Notes under the pieces: model-generated | Seen by the model: the letters and a program-made list of their open reading frames with translations, nothing else | What the model was told of the DNA's origin: nothing | Database searches by the model: none | Position numbers and translations under genes: made by a program | Part shown: in pieces, positions 33,101 through 47,137 of the stretch | How the letters are laid out: each line of letters opens with the position of its first letter | How positions within the stretch are numbered: the stretch's first letter is position 1 | Source of the DNA: Eledone cirrhosa | Taxonomy: Eukaryota | NCBI GenBank assembly: GCA_964016885.1 | Contig: OZ024742.1 | Coordinates: 345,774,001-345,838,000, forward strand | DNA: 64,000 nt | Reading direction: 5' to 3'

Positions 33101-34965
33101 GTAACCATCATACTCTACACATAGGCATCACATTCTCGCCGTAGCCATCACATTCTCGCCATAACCATCACATTATCGCCGTAACCATCAAATTCCAACC
33201 GAAACCATCATACTCTAGCCATAACCATCACATTCTTGCTGTAACCATCACTTTCTCGTCGTAGCGATCACATTCTCTCCGTAACCAGCACATTCTAGCC
33301 GTAACCATCAGATTCTAGCCATATCCATCACAATCTCACCGTAACCATCACATTCTAGCTGTAGACATCACATTCCAGTCTTAACCATCACATTATAGCC
33401 TTAACCATCACATTCACGCCGTAACAATCACATTCGCGTCGTAACAATCACATTCTCACCGTAACTATCACATTCTCGTTGTAACGATAACAATCTCGCC
33501 ATAACCATCACATTCTCGCCGAAACAATCACATTATCGCTGTTACCATTACATTATCACCGTATGCATCACATTCCTACCGTAAACACCACATTCTAACC
33601 GTAACCATCACAATCTCGCTGTAGCCATCACATTCTCGCTGAAACTACCACATTCCAGCCGTAACCATCACATTCTAGCCATAACCATCACATTTTAGCA
33701 ATAACCATCACATTATCACTGTAACCATCACATTCTAGCCATAACCATTGCATTCTTGCCAAAACCATCACATTCTCACTGTAGCAATCACATTCCAGCC
33801 GTAATGAGCAGATTCTAACCATAACCACCACATTCTAGCCGTAACCATCACATTCTAACCGTAACCATCACATTTTCGCTGTAACCATCACATTCTTGCC
33901 GTAACCATCACATCCTAGTTGTAACCATCATACTCTACACATAGCCATCACATTCTCGCCATATCCATCACATTCTCGCCGTAGCCATCACATTCTCGCC
34001 GTAGCCATTACCTTCTCGCCATAACCATCACATTCTCGCCGTAACCATCACATTCCAGCCGAAACCATCATACTCTAGCCATAACCATCACATTCTTGCT
34101 GTAACCATCACATTCTCGCCGTAGCGATCAGATTCTCTCCGTAACCAGCACATTCTAGCCATAACCATCACATTCTAGCCATAACCATCACACTCTCACC
34201 GTAACCATCACATTCTAGCTGTAGATATCACATTCCAGTCTTAACCATCACATTATAGCCTTAACCACCACATTCTCGCCGTAACAATCACATTCGCGCC
34301 GTAACAATCACATTCTCACCGTAACTATCACATTCTCGTTGTAACGATAACAATCTCGCCATAACCATCACATTCTAGCCGTAACCACTACATTTCTAAC
34401 CGTAACCATCACATTATCGATGTAACCATCACATTCTTGCCGTAACCTTCACATTCTAGCTGTAAAAATCACATTCTCGCCGAAACCATCACATTCTTTC
34501 CGTACCCATACCATTCTCGCCGTAACCATCACGTTCTAGCTCTAGCCATCACATTCTCGCTGTAACTATCACAATCTCACCGTAACAATCGCATACTCAC
34601 CGTAACCATCACATTCTAGCCATAACAATCACATTCTTGCTGTAACCATCACATTGTCGTCGTAACAATCGCATTGTCGCTGTAACCATCACAGTCTCGC
34701 CGTAACCATCTGTCTCGCCGTAACCATTACATTCACGCCAGAACCATCACATTCTCGACGTAACCATCACATTCTCGCCGTAACCATTACATTCTCGTCG
34801 TAACAATCGCATTGTCGCTGTAACCATCACAGTCACGCTGTAACCACCTGTCTCGCCGTAACCATTACATTCTCGCCAGAACCATCACATTCTCGCCGTA
34901 ACCATCACATTCCAGCCGTGACCATCACATTCTAGCTATAACCATCACATTCTCGCCCTAACCAT
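30145..34965. repeat. 20-bp minisatellite, about 240 units, consensus CCGTAACCATCACATTCT(CG/AG)
   Basis: Directly visible head-to-tail units with variant positions and no spacers. Confidence 0.98.
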
Positions 34966-35392
34966 GTCTCATATATATTATATCTACAGTTGATTTATAC
35001 AAGATGGTGTTCCTCTTCTTAAATATGTTATATTTTAAAATGATTGTTGGTGGTGATATTATTCAATATGATATCATTTAATATGTTATTTGATGATAAT
35101 TTGTCTGGAGACTTCCTTGCCAGTTCAACTTTAAACTGTTTACTGTTGTCGGCTTTCTTTTCATGCTGTTTTCCTAAGGAATCCCACAAAATCTTAATAT
35201 TACTCTTAGCAATGTAATTAGTAGTTCCAACAGTAACAGCAGTAGTAGTAGCAGTAACAGTAGTAACAGCAGCAGTAGTTCCAACATCAACAGTAACAGC
35301 AGTAGTAGTAGCAGTAACAGTAGTAACAGCAGCAGTAGTAGCAGAAGCGGAAATAACAATAATACTAATAAGTAATAATTGTTTCTACATTT

Positions 35393-35590
35393 AGACACAA
35401 GGCTAGCAATTTGAGTGGAAGGGGAAAGTCGACTAAATAAACCACAGTGCGTTACTGGTTTTTTTTATTTTATTGAACCCGTAATGATGAAAAATAAAGC
35501 TAATCTCGGCGGGATTTGAACTCAGAACGTAAAGGACCATAACTAAATACTGCAAAGCATTTTTTCCGATGCTCTACTGATTCTGCCAAT
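35393..35590 (-). mobile_element. tRNA-derived SINE
   Basis: ggatttgaactcagaacg (reverse B-box) and reverse central domain. Confidence 0.75.
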
Positions 35591-36919
35591 CAACAATGTG
35601 GACGCAGCAATTACAAATTATTTAGAGGTTCGCTACTGAATTATTAGGTCCGAAGTTCAGTACCACTGTACGGCATTTTGGGAGGGCAGGTGTCATTGGC
35701 CATAGCCTTGTGTTGATTCTTGCTTTGTGGGTTAAATTGAATAGATACAACTTCTTTGAAAGTTCTTCAGATCGTCTTTACCAGTCACTCAAAAAGTCAG
35801 CCTTCTCACACTGTCAAGAGGAATCTCCCATAGAGTTACCTTATGTTTAAGGGTACGCGTGTTTCTTTAATGCTTAGTCACTCACACGTTAATTTCATGA
35901 GTAGGCTATTTCGTTGATAGAACAATTGAAACACTCATCGTCGAAACCGACCAAGGTCCATCCAATAGCAACAACAGATCTGATAAATACAGGAGTGGAA
36001 AGAGCTCTGACAACCAGAAAATAAGAACTGTTTCGAGAAACCATTTGAAACTTGGTAAACGTTTCTTTTTAACTAAACAAAGAAACAGGTCCAAGAATCA
36101 GGAAACATAATGCAGAACATCTTTCAAAAAAGAAAAAAGATCAAAAATCTTTTGAAGATAAACTTTTCATGGTGATATCTGTAACTTTTGAAAACAGGTA
36201 GCTTAGCGGTTAGAGTGTTTGGTTCATGATCGTAAGGCTGTAATTCAAAGAACCAGATTTATTACGTGGTATGTCACGCTTAATTTCCACGAGAATTACG
36301 TTCACATATCTGTGGTATATTCAGCCCTTGCAGCTTTAATTTTACGAGCAAGCAGATCAGTTGATCGAACATGTGGGACTCTCAATGTAGAAACTGACGT
36401 AGTCCCAATCCATTTAGCAACTTATTTTGTGAATAATAAACACTTATTTTTCTTTTCTTTTGGGGGGAGGGGGGTTAATTCTTCAACGAATCATTCATCA
36501 ACCTTCTTCCCTTCCATGCCAAAAGTAATTTGTTTGAAACTAATCTTCACTGTAGCACCAACTTTAAGTGTTTACTGTCACATCTTAGTTCATGGAAATT
36601 ACTAATTCTCAATAGAATTGTTTTCACATTGAAAAAAGAAACGGTGGGAATTTCAAAAAGAAAATTCCCTCTTTTCTTCAGTTAATAAATTTTACTTGAT
36701 GCTAGGAATAGTCAAGAGAATAAACCATCGATTGTTTTAGAGCAATCTGAGTATTACGTTTGTATGGTAATTTATTTATAGAAACTAGCTGAACCCGTCA
36801 AAATTCTGTGGTTTAATTAGATATACGACACAACAAAATTAATCAAATGAATTTAACATGTGGCTGAAAATACCAAAACGGAATATTTTACTCATGATTA
36901 ATTCTCCCACCTCTCTTTC

Positions 36920-36958
<39 letters not shown>

Positions 36959-37254
36959 ATGTCTCTCTCTCTCTATCTATATATCTATCTATCTATCTCT
37001 TTCTCTCTCTATCTCACCCCCACCCCCCACCCACCCCCACACACACATTCATATCATTTATGGTACTACATATGTCCCACTGTATTCATATACTTGTGTG
37101 TGCTTGCACATATAAGCTGCATCTACACCAGGTCCGGACACAAAGGAACCAAACTCTCACTGTCACTGCCTCCGTCTCTCCCACTCTCCCCCATCTCTCA
37201 CTATTATGAACTTTTATTCATATTATTATTATAATTTAATCAAGGTCTATGGTT

Positions 37255-38216
37255 TGGCAGATCAGTAGAGCGCTGCATAAACTGTTTTGCGGTATTTATT
37301 CTAGCTCTGTACTTTCAGAGCTGGGATCATGTCGGAGACAACTTCGCCTTTCATATGTTCGAAAGTTAATAAAGTAAAAATCAAGTACTTTGGGTCGATT
37401 TAATCGACTTCTCTTCCTCTCAAAAACTCCTGACCCTGTTCCTAAATTGCAAACCCTTATCATTACAAAATTTAGGATGGTGGGTTGGCAGAATTGCTAG
37501 AGTATCGGATATAATGCTTTCCTGGTATTTTTTCGTGCTATTTTTCCTTTATAGTCAGCCTCTGAAATGTTCAATCGGCCGTCGTATATTTACTTTTAGT
37601 GTTCAGGCCTCTCAGAGGTTAACCTTACTTTTCATCCCTGCGGGGTCGATGAAATCAAGTACCAGTCACATACAGATAAATATAATCGACTGTCTCCTTC
37701 ATTCAAACTCCCCGAAATTTACAGTCTGTCTACCTAAATTAGAAATCATTTTGATAATATAATCAATTCATGTTATCTATATAGTGATTTCTAATTTAGG
37801 CCCAAGGCTAGCAAATTTTGCTGGACGGCGAGTCAATTAAATCGACCCCAGTGCGTTACTGGTACTTTATTTTATCGACCTTGTAAGGATGAAAGGCAAA
37901 GATTTGAACTCAGAATCCAAAGCACCGTAACTATATGCTGCAAAGCAATATGTCCGGCGCTCTACCGATACTGCCAATCCACCACACTTATGCTATTCAT
38001 ATAATGGTTTTTTATATAGGCACAAGGCCAGCAATTTTGGGGGATGGGAAAGTCGATTAAATACATCCCAATCGTTACTGGTACTTTATTTTATCAACCC
38101 CGTAAGGATAAAAAGCAAAGTTAACTTCGTTGAGATTTGAACTCAGAATGCAAAGCACCGTAACTATATGCTGGAAAGCAATTTGTCCAACGCTCTACCG
38201 ATACTGCCAATCCACC
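37255..38216. mobile_element. Cluster of four SINE copies (two +, then two -)
   Basis: Cores at ~37345 and ~37625 (+), ~37880 and ~38105 (-). Confidence 0.72.
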
Positions 38217-38493
38217 AGACTTATGCTATTTATATATTACCAGGTTAAAGTGATACAATCAAACAATTTGTTTAATTTTCCCTTAAGATCAACATAGGAT
38301 TTATTAGAACTAAGTATTACATTCTTATAAAGCTTCAATAGATTTTACTTCCTCCAATTTCTTTCTTTCTAGCGTCTATAACTACTGCCTGATTATAATT
38401 AAACATCACATATTGGTATTTATAGCATTCTTAACATAACTAACAGGGAATAGTTTAGTCTTTAAAATAATACTTTAACAAAGTATGTATATG

Positions 38494-38530
<37 letters not shown>

Positions 38531-38717
38531 ATTATATATATAGATATATATATATAGATATATATATGTATATATATATAATTGGGATTGAATTATTTTC
38601 CCATATCTTACGTTAAATATTTTTCATCTTGACGTAATAGTCACTTATATGTCTGAATTACTATTGGCTTCTTGCTTACATTAATTTCTCTATTTTTATA
38701 TATATATATATATATGT

Positions 38718-39312
38718 AAGTATGTATACGTACATACATATATGTATACAGAAGTACAGTAGTATGTATATATATATATATACATACATGCACACATATA
38801 TATATGTACGTATGGATTTACCGAACATTTATTATAATGCTCGGTTTTTTTGTAAACAAACATCCCGAATTAAGCCGTACTGCCAGATGATTGAACGTTT
38901 GAAAGTATATACTTTCCTTATGCATATAACGGCTGAGCAGCCTAATTTGCATGTCGAGTGAGTTAATCGGCCAGGCGGACCGAAAACGATAAATGCAAAA
39001 AATGAACGAAATTTCATTTCTCAATATACTTTCAGACATTCAATCATCTGGCAGTAAGTTATACGGTGCTGACGATAGCTAATAAGCTTGAAACTAGTAC
39101 ATCGTTCCTTTGTCAGTGTTAAACAAAAGGGCAACAATGGTTGCTAAACACTGTACGGCTTAATTCGGGATGTTTGTTTACAAACAAACCGAGCATTATA
39201 ATAAATGTTCAGTAAATCCATACGTACATATATATATGTGTGCATGTAGGTATATATATACATACTACTGTACGTCTGTATACATATATGTATGTACGTA
39301 TACATACTTATA
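38718..39312. mobile_element. (TA)n-flanked fold-back element with HHR; same family as 56995-57830
   Basis: 38718-38880 is inverted at 39150-39312. Confidence 0.85.
39064..39104 (+). ncRNA. Minimal hammerhead ribozyme
   Basis: cggtg-CTGACGA-t[agct]aata[agct]t-GAAAC-ta-GTA-catcg. Confidence 0.82.
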
Positions 39313-39366
39313 TTTAAGTAACAGCTGCACTAAGAGTGAGAAATGAAATTTCGTTTCATTTTTTCC

Positions 39367-39449
<83 letters not shown>

Positions 39450-39714
39450 TCATTGAGTTATAAACTCAAAATAGTATTTTACAATTAAATAGCTCAAAGA
39501 AGGGAATCTTTCCGAGCCATGTAATATAATTGGATATATGAGAGGGATGAACACAGATATAAGTTTACATGTGTTCCAATTGCAAATGGTCAAGTTAGCT
39601 AAGTTGAAAAAATACTAATTTAAAACAATATGGTCTGCCTGACTTGCAATTGGAACACATGTATACTTATATATGTGTTCATCCCTCTCATATATCCAAT
39701 TATATATATATATA

Positions 39715-40639
39715 TATAAATGAAAAAATGGCGTGCTCCGTTGTTGCGAGTGTGATACATATGAATGAAAAATAGATCGAGAAAAGGGACTGTCCATCAT
39801 CAGTGATCTTCTGACTGTCATCGGTATTTCTTCGCATGGAAAGACCAGATACCTCAAAATCAGTGCGAGCAATAACTAAAATAAGTTATTGGGACAGAGC
39901 GAATTGGGTGGAGAAAGAGGACAGTAAACAAACAAAATAGTAATGCAACGTAAAGAGGGGAAATGAGAGACAAGTCAATGATACTTGTGAACATAAGTTC
40001 GAACAAATCAACGATGAAATGTGAGCGAGAAAAGGATTTCACACAGGTAAGGCGGGAGGAAGTGAGAGAAGGGGAGCAGCAGAGAGTGAGTGAATGAAAG
40101 TGTGAATCACACTCGCAACAACGCAGCACGCCATTTTTTCATTCATATATAATTTTTCCCCTCGCTGTGGTTTGTCTTTTTATATCACCTTACTGCTACC
40201 CTCTTTCTCTCTCCGCTTGTACCTCTTGCTTTCATTCATCCCCTCTGCTTGTCACACTCTCTCGGCTGGCCTCTTCCTCACACTTTCACTCACTTACTCT
40301 CTGCTGCTCCCCTCTCTCACTTCCTCCCGTCTGACCTGTGTGAAATCCTTTTCTTGCTCACATTTCGCAGGATTCGGACGTGTCTGCCGTCTTCTCGTCG
40401 TTGATTTGTTCGAACTTAAGTTCACATGTATCATTGACTTGTCTCTCATTTCCTCTCTTTACGTTGCATTACTACTTTGTTTGTTTACTGTCCTCTTTCT
40501 CCACCCAATTCGCTCTGTCCCAATAACTTATTTTAGTATTGCTCGCACTGATTTTGAGGTATCTGGTCTTTAATGCGAAGAAATACCGATGATAGTCAGA
40601 AGATCACTGATGATGGACAGTCCCGTTTCTCGCTCTACT

Positions 40640-40645
<6 letters not shown>
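39715..40645. repeat. (TA)n-flanked ~340-bp inverted repeat element
   Basis: ~39760-40100 is the reverse complement of ~40285-40645; has CTGATGA but no matching GAAA. Confidence 0.85.
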
Positions 40646-40712
<67 letters not shown>

Positions 40713-40892
40713 AGTGTGTGTGTGTATATATATTTTTTTTTTCAGTATATGTTGGTTGTTTACCGACACCTCCGTATGCTGATTGGAGCACTCGACAAAG
40801 CATCTTGGTTTGTTTACTCCGGAGTAATGTAACATAAAATAAATGAGTCTAATATGTAAAATTTGGCTTCGTTTATTATAAATTATAAATTT

Positions 40893-41052
40893 ACTGGTAT
40901 ATATTTCGATGACCACTATTATTGGCTGTGACCTCTTCAGGCAATCCGAATTGGTGTGGAAAAGACATGTGTACCTGTCTTTTCCATACCAATTCGGACT
41001 GCCTGAAGTGGTCACAGCCAATAATATCTGTCATCGAAATATATATAGCAGT
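40893..41052. ncRNA. Inverted pair of hammerhead motifs
   Basis: Plus 40998-41052: actgc-CTGAAGT-...-GAAA-tatat-ATA-gcagt; minus 40893-40945 retains CTGAAGA. Confidence 0.65.
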
Positions 41053-41067
41053 AAATTTATAATTTGT

Positions 41068-42102
41068 ATATATATAAAATTAAGTATGTGTGTGGTTGTC
41101 TGTGTATTACCTATAGGGGCCTACATCTTACAACCGATTTTTTTATTGCGGGGTCATTCTGCAGATAAGAATCCATAGGGGGGGGGGGGGTCACCTTTTT
41201 TCAGGTATCGAAAAATAAGATTTTTGGCTCTAGCTCCCACATTTTGCCACCGACTTCGTTCAGATTTTAAAGCAAGATAGAATTTATCATTGCACATCCT
41301 GTAATGGCTTTATATTTTGCATTTGTTGTTCAGGGACGGCGTTGCAGCCGCTTAATATTCAAAATAACCACTTTTAGACTCAAATTTTCACTTTTTCGGC
41401 TCTAGCTCCCACATTAATCAAATTTTACACTATGCTAGATATGATTATTTCACGTCTTAAAATGGATTTACATTTTGGATTTTGTGTTCAGGAACGGCGT
41501 GGCAGCCGATAAAATATTCGAAAATACCACCTTTTCGCTCAAATTTCTGCCTTTTCGACTCTAGCTCCCACATTTTTCAACCGCTTTCGTTCAAATTCGA
41601 AACTTCGGCTCCACCTCACACATAAATCAATTTATTCGGTTCAACTTTTATACTACGATAGAACCTATCATTAGCTCCCACATTATTCAACCGATTTCGT
41701 TCAAATTCGAAACTTCGGCTCCACCTCACACATAAATCAATTTATTTGGTACAACATTTATACTACGATAGAACATATCATTGCACATCTTATAGATGGT
41801 CAAAGGCAAAACGATGGCCACTGACGTCGTCTGAGCTTTTAGTTGTGTATTTGAGAATTCATCGGTTTCCAATCAAGTAGCATGAGTAAATTTGGCTTAG
41901 TGTTAGAGGTCATTACCTCCCTCCCCTAGAATGCCCCTTCGTCCGTCACCGCCTATCTCAGTGATAGAGGTCATCACCCCCCTCCCCCGCATGGCCTGTG
42001 TGTGGCCATAGATGTGTCATCGAGAAGCAGTCGCTAAGATCAACACCTTTTCATCAAAGCAGATATTATTTTACCTACCCAGGCAACGCTGGGTACCAGT
42101 TT
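41068..42102 (+). mobile_element. Helitron-like non-autonomous element with internal tandem repeats
   Basis: Starts TATATATAAAA..tgtgtg; repeats of tagctcccacatt; 3' hairpin cccaggcaacgctggg. Confidence 0.55.
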
Positions 42103-42809
42103 ATAATAAACGAAGCCAAATTTTATATGTTTGACTTACTTATTTTTTCTTTTATATATATATATATAGATAGATAGATATATATACATATATATACATA
42201 TATATATGTGTGTGTGCGCGAGAAAGAGAGAATGTGTGCGTGTCGTTATCTGTGGGCATTTGCTTGCGCGTGGGTATCTGTGTAGAATCTATACTTGGTG
42301 TTCTGGGGCGGATAAAAAGAATTAGAAGCAAATAAATGAAGAGAAAGGAAAAATCTTCACCAGACAGATAATTTAGTTATTGGAGATGTTTTACAGCAGA
42401 TTCTAGCTTTGATGTTTCCCTATCGAAGCTTTATATGATGCTATATATACATTTGTGTAGACAATACTAAACAGTCTTCATGGATTATGTTGAAATAATA
42501 TCATTATTCCTGTCCGTATGTAATGTCTGAGCTGGCTTGTTCTTTAAATTATTATATATTGTATTCATATTAACCCCGTCACACGAGAAGATCAATAGCT
42601 AGAGCACGGCTGAATGGTTAAGGAGTTCACACGTAATCATTAGGACTCGGGTTTAATCCCACCGCGTGTCATCTATGGTGAGTGATCTTTACCATAACTC
42701 GGGTTGACATATACCTTCTAAGGTAAATACAATTAAATTCATGCTTCAAGCTGGCGAACTAGGTGTTGAAGTATTTAAGACTATTAAACAGAATTCGTAA
42801 TATAATCGG

Positions 42810-43045
42810 CTTGTCTCCCCCACAGCCCCGGCGGAGGGAATAGAGAAGGCGCTTACCCAGAAGACGGCAAGGGAGACGCGCTGGAAAAGCTACTCCAGCT
42901 CGCGGGGCTCACACCTGCGGCTGGACAGCTCAGAGCCTATGGTAGTGTGTAGGGAGGTAGCCCTAGGGCCGAGGACACCAGAAGACTCCACTGCCAAAGG
43001 TACAACTGCAAACCTGTGGAGAGCGACCGGTATTTGAAGAGTAAA
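42810..43045 (-). mobile_element. CRE-like RLE fragment
   Basis: RCEPRELE*LFQRVSLAV; homologous to 28570-28845. Confidence 0.6.
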
Positions 43046-43270
43046 GTAATTGTGTTGACGGCAACTGTTTAGAAGCTCGTCGGATGGACTGTACCTGTAA
43101 TTGTCACAGGGCCTTATTCTTTTCCCTGATAGTTACATAAAGAGACATGTCTCTATGGAATGCTCAGCCACTTCCAGGTTAATTTCATGAGGCTGCTCTT
43201 CCATTGATTGAACAACTGGAATGTTCGTCATCGAAGCCAACGGAGTTCCATTCTATGATTATTTTAAAAT

Positions 43271-43460
43271 GGGCGGTGAATTGGCAGTATCGGTAGAAGG
43301 TTGGACGCCATGCTTTCCAGCATAGTTACGTCCCTTTACGGTCTGAGTTCAAATCCCTCCGAGGTTAACTTTGCCTTTCATCCTTACGGGGTCGATAAAA
43401 TAAAGTACCAGTAATGCACTGGGTAATTGCTGGCCTTGTGCCAAAAGTAGAAACAATTAT
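43271..43460 (+). mobile_element. tRNA-derived SINE (same family as 28224)
   Basis: Near-identical body. Confidence 0.85.
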
Positions 43461-43629
43461 TTAAAATAGACGTCGAATTTACTGATTCGTTTCGAAGTCT
43501 GATAGAATGAATCCCGGTACTCCTTCCCGGTTTCTACGCTCTGAGTTTAAATCCCACTGAGTTCAACTTTACCATCTTCTTGAATTTACCTTTCGAGGTT
43601 AATAAATAAATTACCAGTCCAGCACTGTG

Positions 43630-44100
43630 GGATACAAATCCACATTTCTACTCCGATTGACTTCAAACTTGTATTTCTATATTTCTTGCGGTCTAAAGAT
43701 ATTAACTGCAGCTTTTATTTTTCAATTTTCTGTTGTTAAAGGCGTCTTATGCGCCAGTTAACGATCTTTCTATAGCTCTCTTTATTAGTCTGTCTTTTTG
43801 AATAGATACATAGCTATAACGTCGCGCCCTTATGATATCTGTCTGTATGTCTGGATGTCTGCATTACGACATTATGAAAATATTGTTCTCATTGCTGACG
43901 TATTATCTTCGCTATTTTCCATTCATTGCCAGGGAACGTCTTCACGAACCAAAGTATCGTCTTCCTGTTTTCCTTCGGTTGAAACTATCGAGTAACATAG
44001 ACCCTTCAAAGGAACCCCATTTCGACCGCTTGTTTTCGCGATCGCATTCTTTCGGACATTACGCAAGATTCATGACCATGGTTAAGGGTTGCATGAATAC
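43630..44100 (-). mobile_element. RTE-like LINE fragment between ~49-bp direct repeats
   Basis: Minus strand ..GHESCVMSERMRSR.QAVEMGFL; repeats at 43581-43629 and 44101-44149. Confidence 0.6.
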
Positions 44101-45412
44101 TGAATTGACCTTTCGAGGTTAATAAATAAATTACCAGTCCAGCACTGTGAACTATACGGCCTGGTAGTTAAGGTGAGAAAAAACACTTCATCACATATTA
44201 CTCCAGTCAACATAACTGAAAGTAGACTCACAACATGTCGGGGTTAACTCTATGATAGAATGTTGTCCCTCCTTTCCAGGTGAAGTTTTGTATTGTCAGT
44301 CGCCTAATGCCAATATAACTGGGAATAGCTTCGGTCTGGTAGGCCTCCAGCCTGGGACAGTTTTTCTTTTTTACCCATGTCGGTATTCTTCTATGTCTTT
44401 CTAATTTCCTCTACATGGAGATGCAGGAGCTCCACCAGATTTAAAAGCCCAAGAAAGACTGTGACAGGACGGCGCCCCAACAACTCCACCGGGACTTAAG
44501 ACCACATGCTATATGACATGGACATTGCAAACCTATTGGCTTTAATTCCCTTCAAAGTTAGATGACGTTTTCCTGAATCAATACCAATAGAGGCACCACC
44601 CTATGGTTCTCAGGGCCTCACCTTATGATTTTCTGGGCGTCCCTGCATTTGTCAATGCCCTAGTTGGTGAAAGCATGGTAAATTCCTTTAGTTTTAGAAA
44701 TAAATGTTTATAGTTTGAATCTTGTCTAATAGCATATATTGGAAAGATGCGCAGTGGTTAGGTGTTCGGCTTGGGTTTATAAGACCGTGATTTCAATTCC
44801 TGGGGATGAGTAGAGTCTACGAGCAAGGCTCACTACTTCACATTGTACCAGCTCCCTCAACTGGTAAAAATATGTTGTACCTGTAGTTCCAACGGCCAAC
44901 TTTGCCATACAATGTGCCACGCTGAATCCACCTGAGAGTGTATATGTTTACGAAATACTCACTCACTTGTACTTTGAATTCACCAGTTAACTGTTCTAGC
45001 ACTAGATTCAATTTTTTCTCTGAGTCTCTTTCACACTTCCTCTCTCCTTTTCACGCTCTCTTTCTCTGGAAGATACTGGTTGTTCCCAGACATGGATAGG
45101 GGTGGGTTCTGCCAAGTTAAAATGCCAAAGACATGCTGTTTATCACTACGGTGCCCCTAAGAATCCACCAGGACTTAAAGGCTCATCGCATCACTGAAAA
45201 CAATAGTTTCTATCTTCTCCCGCCTGAGGAAGAAGTGTCATTAGTGAGGATTGCTGATGTAGCGGGTGCGACTGGCTGTTTTCTATGACAATGTTTGTTT
45301 GCTGACTGCAGCTGAGACATACTTCCCAGTGTATATAGTTTGCCCTCTCCCTTTCCCTTTCCTTTTTTATTATCTAATTCTGTCTTGTTGTTCATTATTT
45401 TAATCCTACTAG

Positions 45413-45602
45413 AGGCGGTGGATTGGCAGTATCGGTAGAGGTCGTACGCCATGCTTTGAAGCATAGAGCCACGGCCCTTGCCATTCTGAGTTCAAATCCC
45501 GCCGAGGTTAACTTTGCCTTTCATCCTTACGGGGTCGATAAAATGAAGTACCAGTAATACACTGGTAATTGTTGGCCTTGTGCCAAAAGTAGAAACAATT
45601 AT
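45413..45602 (+). mobile_element. tRNA-derived SINE
   Basis: Same family as 28224; flanked by an attattttaatcctact direct repeat (TSD). Confidence 0.87.
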
Positions 45603-46549
45603 TTTAATCCTACTTTTTATACTTTCATTATTGTATATTTTTGTTCTCAAAATTAAAACCAAAACCTTGCAGTACCAACTGGTATTTATGTCACGAAATA
45701 TGAGCCTCATCTATAAACCATGAGATGTAAACAAATAAGCAATTGTTTAGCTATATCAGGAACGGGAAAAAAATGGTGGGGTTACCTATTCGTCTCCCAA
45801 TGCGATTAAGTCAACATATTTCCATTTCTATGTGATATATATGTCCAATGTATTCAACTATTTCCTTAACAAACCTACGATGTCACTTATAACACATGTT
45901 GACTGGTCAACATACTTTTTACAGGTTTAGGTTTCGTTGTTTTAGCTAATTTTGAGCTGCTGACTTCAAATCTGGCATCCTTTCCCCCAACACATCAGGT
46001 TTTTATGTTTGTCTTTCGCTCAGCTATCCCACAGGAAATACGGATATTTTGTATACCCTCCTTGTATGCAAAGTGAATACTTGAGGTGATAGAAAACAGC
46101 TAGTGTCATTTTAAAACTCAGCAGTCCCAAATTACTCGAGAACACCTCTCAAGCGGAGGTCAACAGCAAAAAAGCAAACTTCTGTTGGCCAGTGTAACCT
46201 AAGAAAACTTTGAATAAAATCCATGAACGAAAGCAAAGGCTATTTCTCCTTCAAGCTGTCTGTAAACGTGGGAGAGTTTCACAGTGTTACTACTTTGAGT
46301 TTAACATATTTTTTATTTAACATATTTTAATTTCTTTGTTAATCTAGCATTATTTATTTCAAAGAGTTTTGGACACGTTTGTGTACTTTCATATAGTTTT
46401 GTTTCTCAAGTAAAATCTAATACATTAACACACCACCAGATTCAGATATGCATTAATGCGAAACAATAATGTTAGCTCAATCTTGATTTTCTCATCATCA
46501 AACCGCTTAAAAGTGATTCATGTTCATGATAAGTTATCAAACAAATGAG

Positions 46550-46629
<80 letters not shown>

Positions 46630-46635
<6 letters not shown>

Positions 46636-46965
46636 TAAATGGAAACTATATTTATAAAACCATAATTATTTTATTATATATATTTCAAGGGCAACCAAGG
46701 CAGTCTTGGTGTGCTTTCATCAGATGAAATACAAGATTTGTTTTATAAATATTTACAACCGTGGAAAAACAACCCTGACGGTTGAAAGTTCACTATCCAG
46801 TGAACTTTCAACCGTCAAGATTGTTTTTCCACGGTTATGTCAATATTTATAAAACAAATCTTGTATTTTATCTGATGAAAGCACACCAAGACTGGCTTGG
46901 TTGCCCTTGAAATATATATAATAAAATAATTATGGTTTTATAAATATACTTTCTATTTATTAATA
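46630..46965. mobile_element. ~165-bp-arm palindrome beside (TA)n with one HHR per arm
   Basis: Symmetry centre near 46797. Confidence 0.88.
46864..46928 (+). ncRNA. Hammerhead ribozyme (mirror at 46667-46731, minus strand)
   Basis: tattttat-CTGATGA-aag..ccaag actgg cttgg..ctt-GAAA-tatat-ATA-ataaaata; 8-bp stem I. Confidence 0.78.
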
Positions 46966-47019
46966 TATTGAATATTTGCTCCAGTAAGCTTGTTGGAATC
47001 CCAACAAATTAAATATAAT

Positions 47020-47063
<44 letters not shown>

Positions 47064-47083
47064 CCCGCACAGCATCCAACACC

Positions 47084-47137
<54 letters not shown>

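Noticed and set aside
30145-34965. CRISPR array or repetitive protein gene
   Set aside because: Units are contiguous with no unique spacers, there are no cas genes, the context is eukaryotic, and the 20-bp period puts TAA (+) or TGA (-) stops in all frames.
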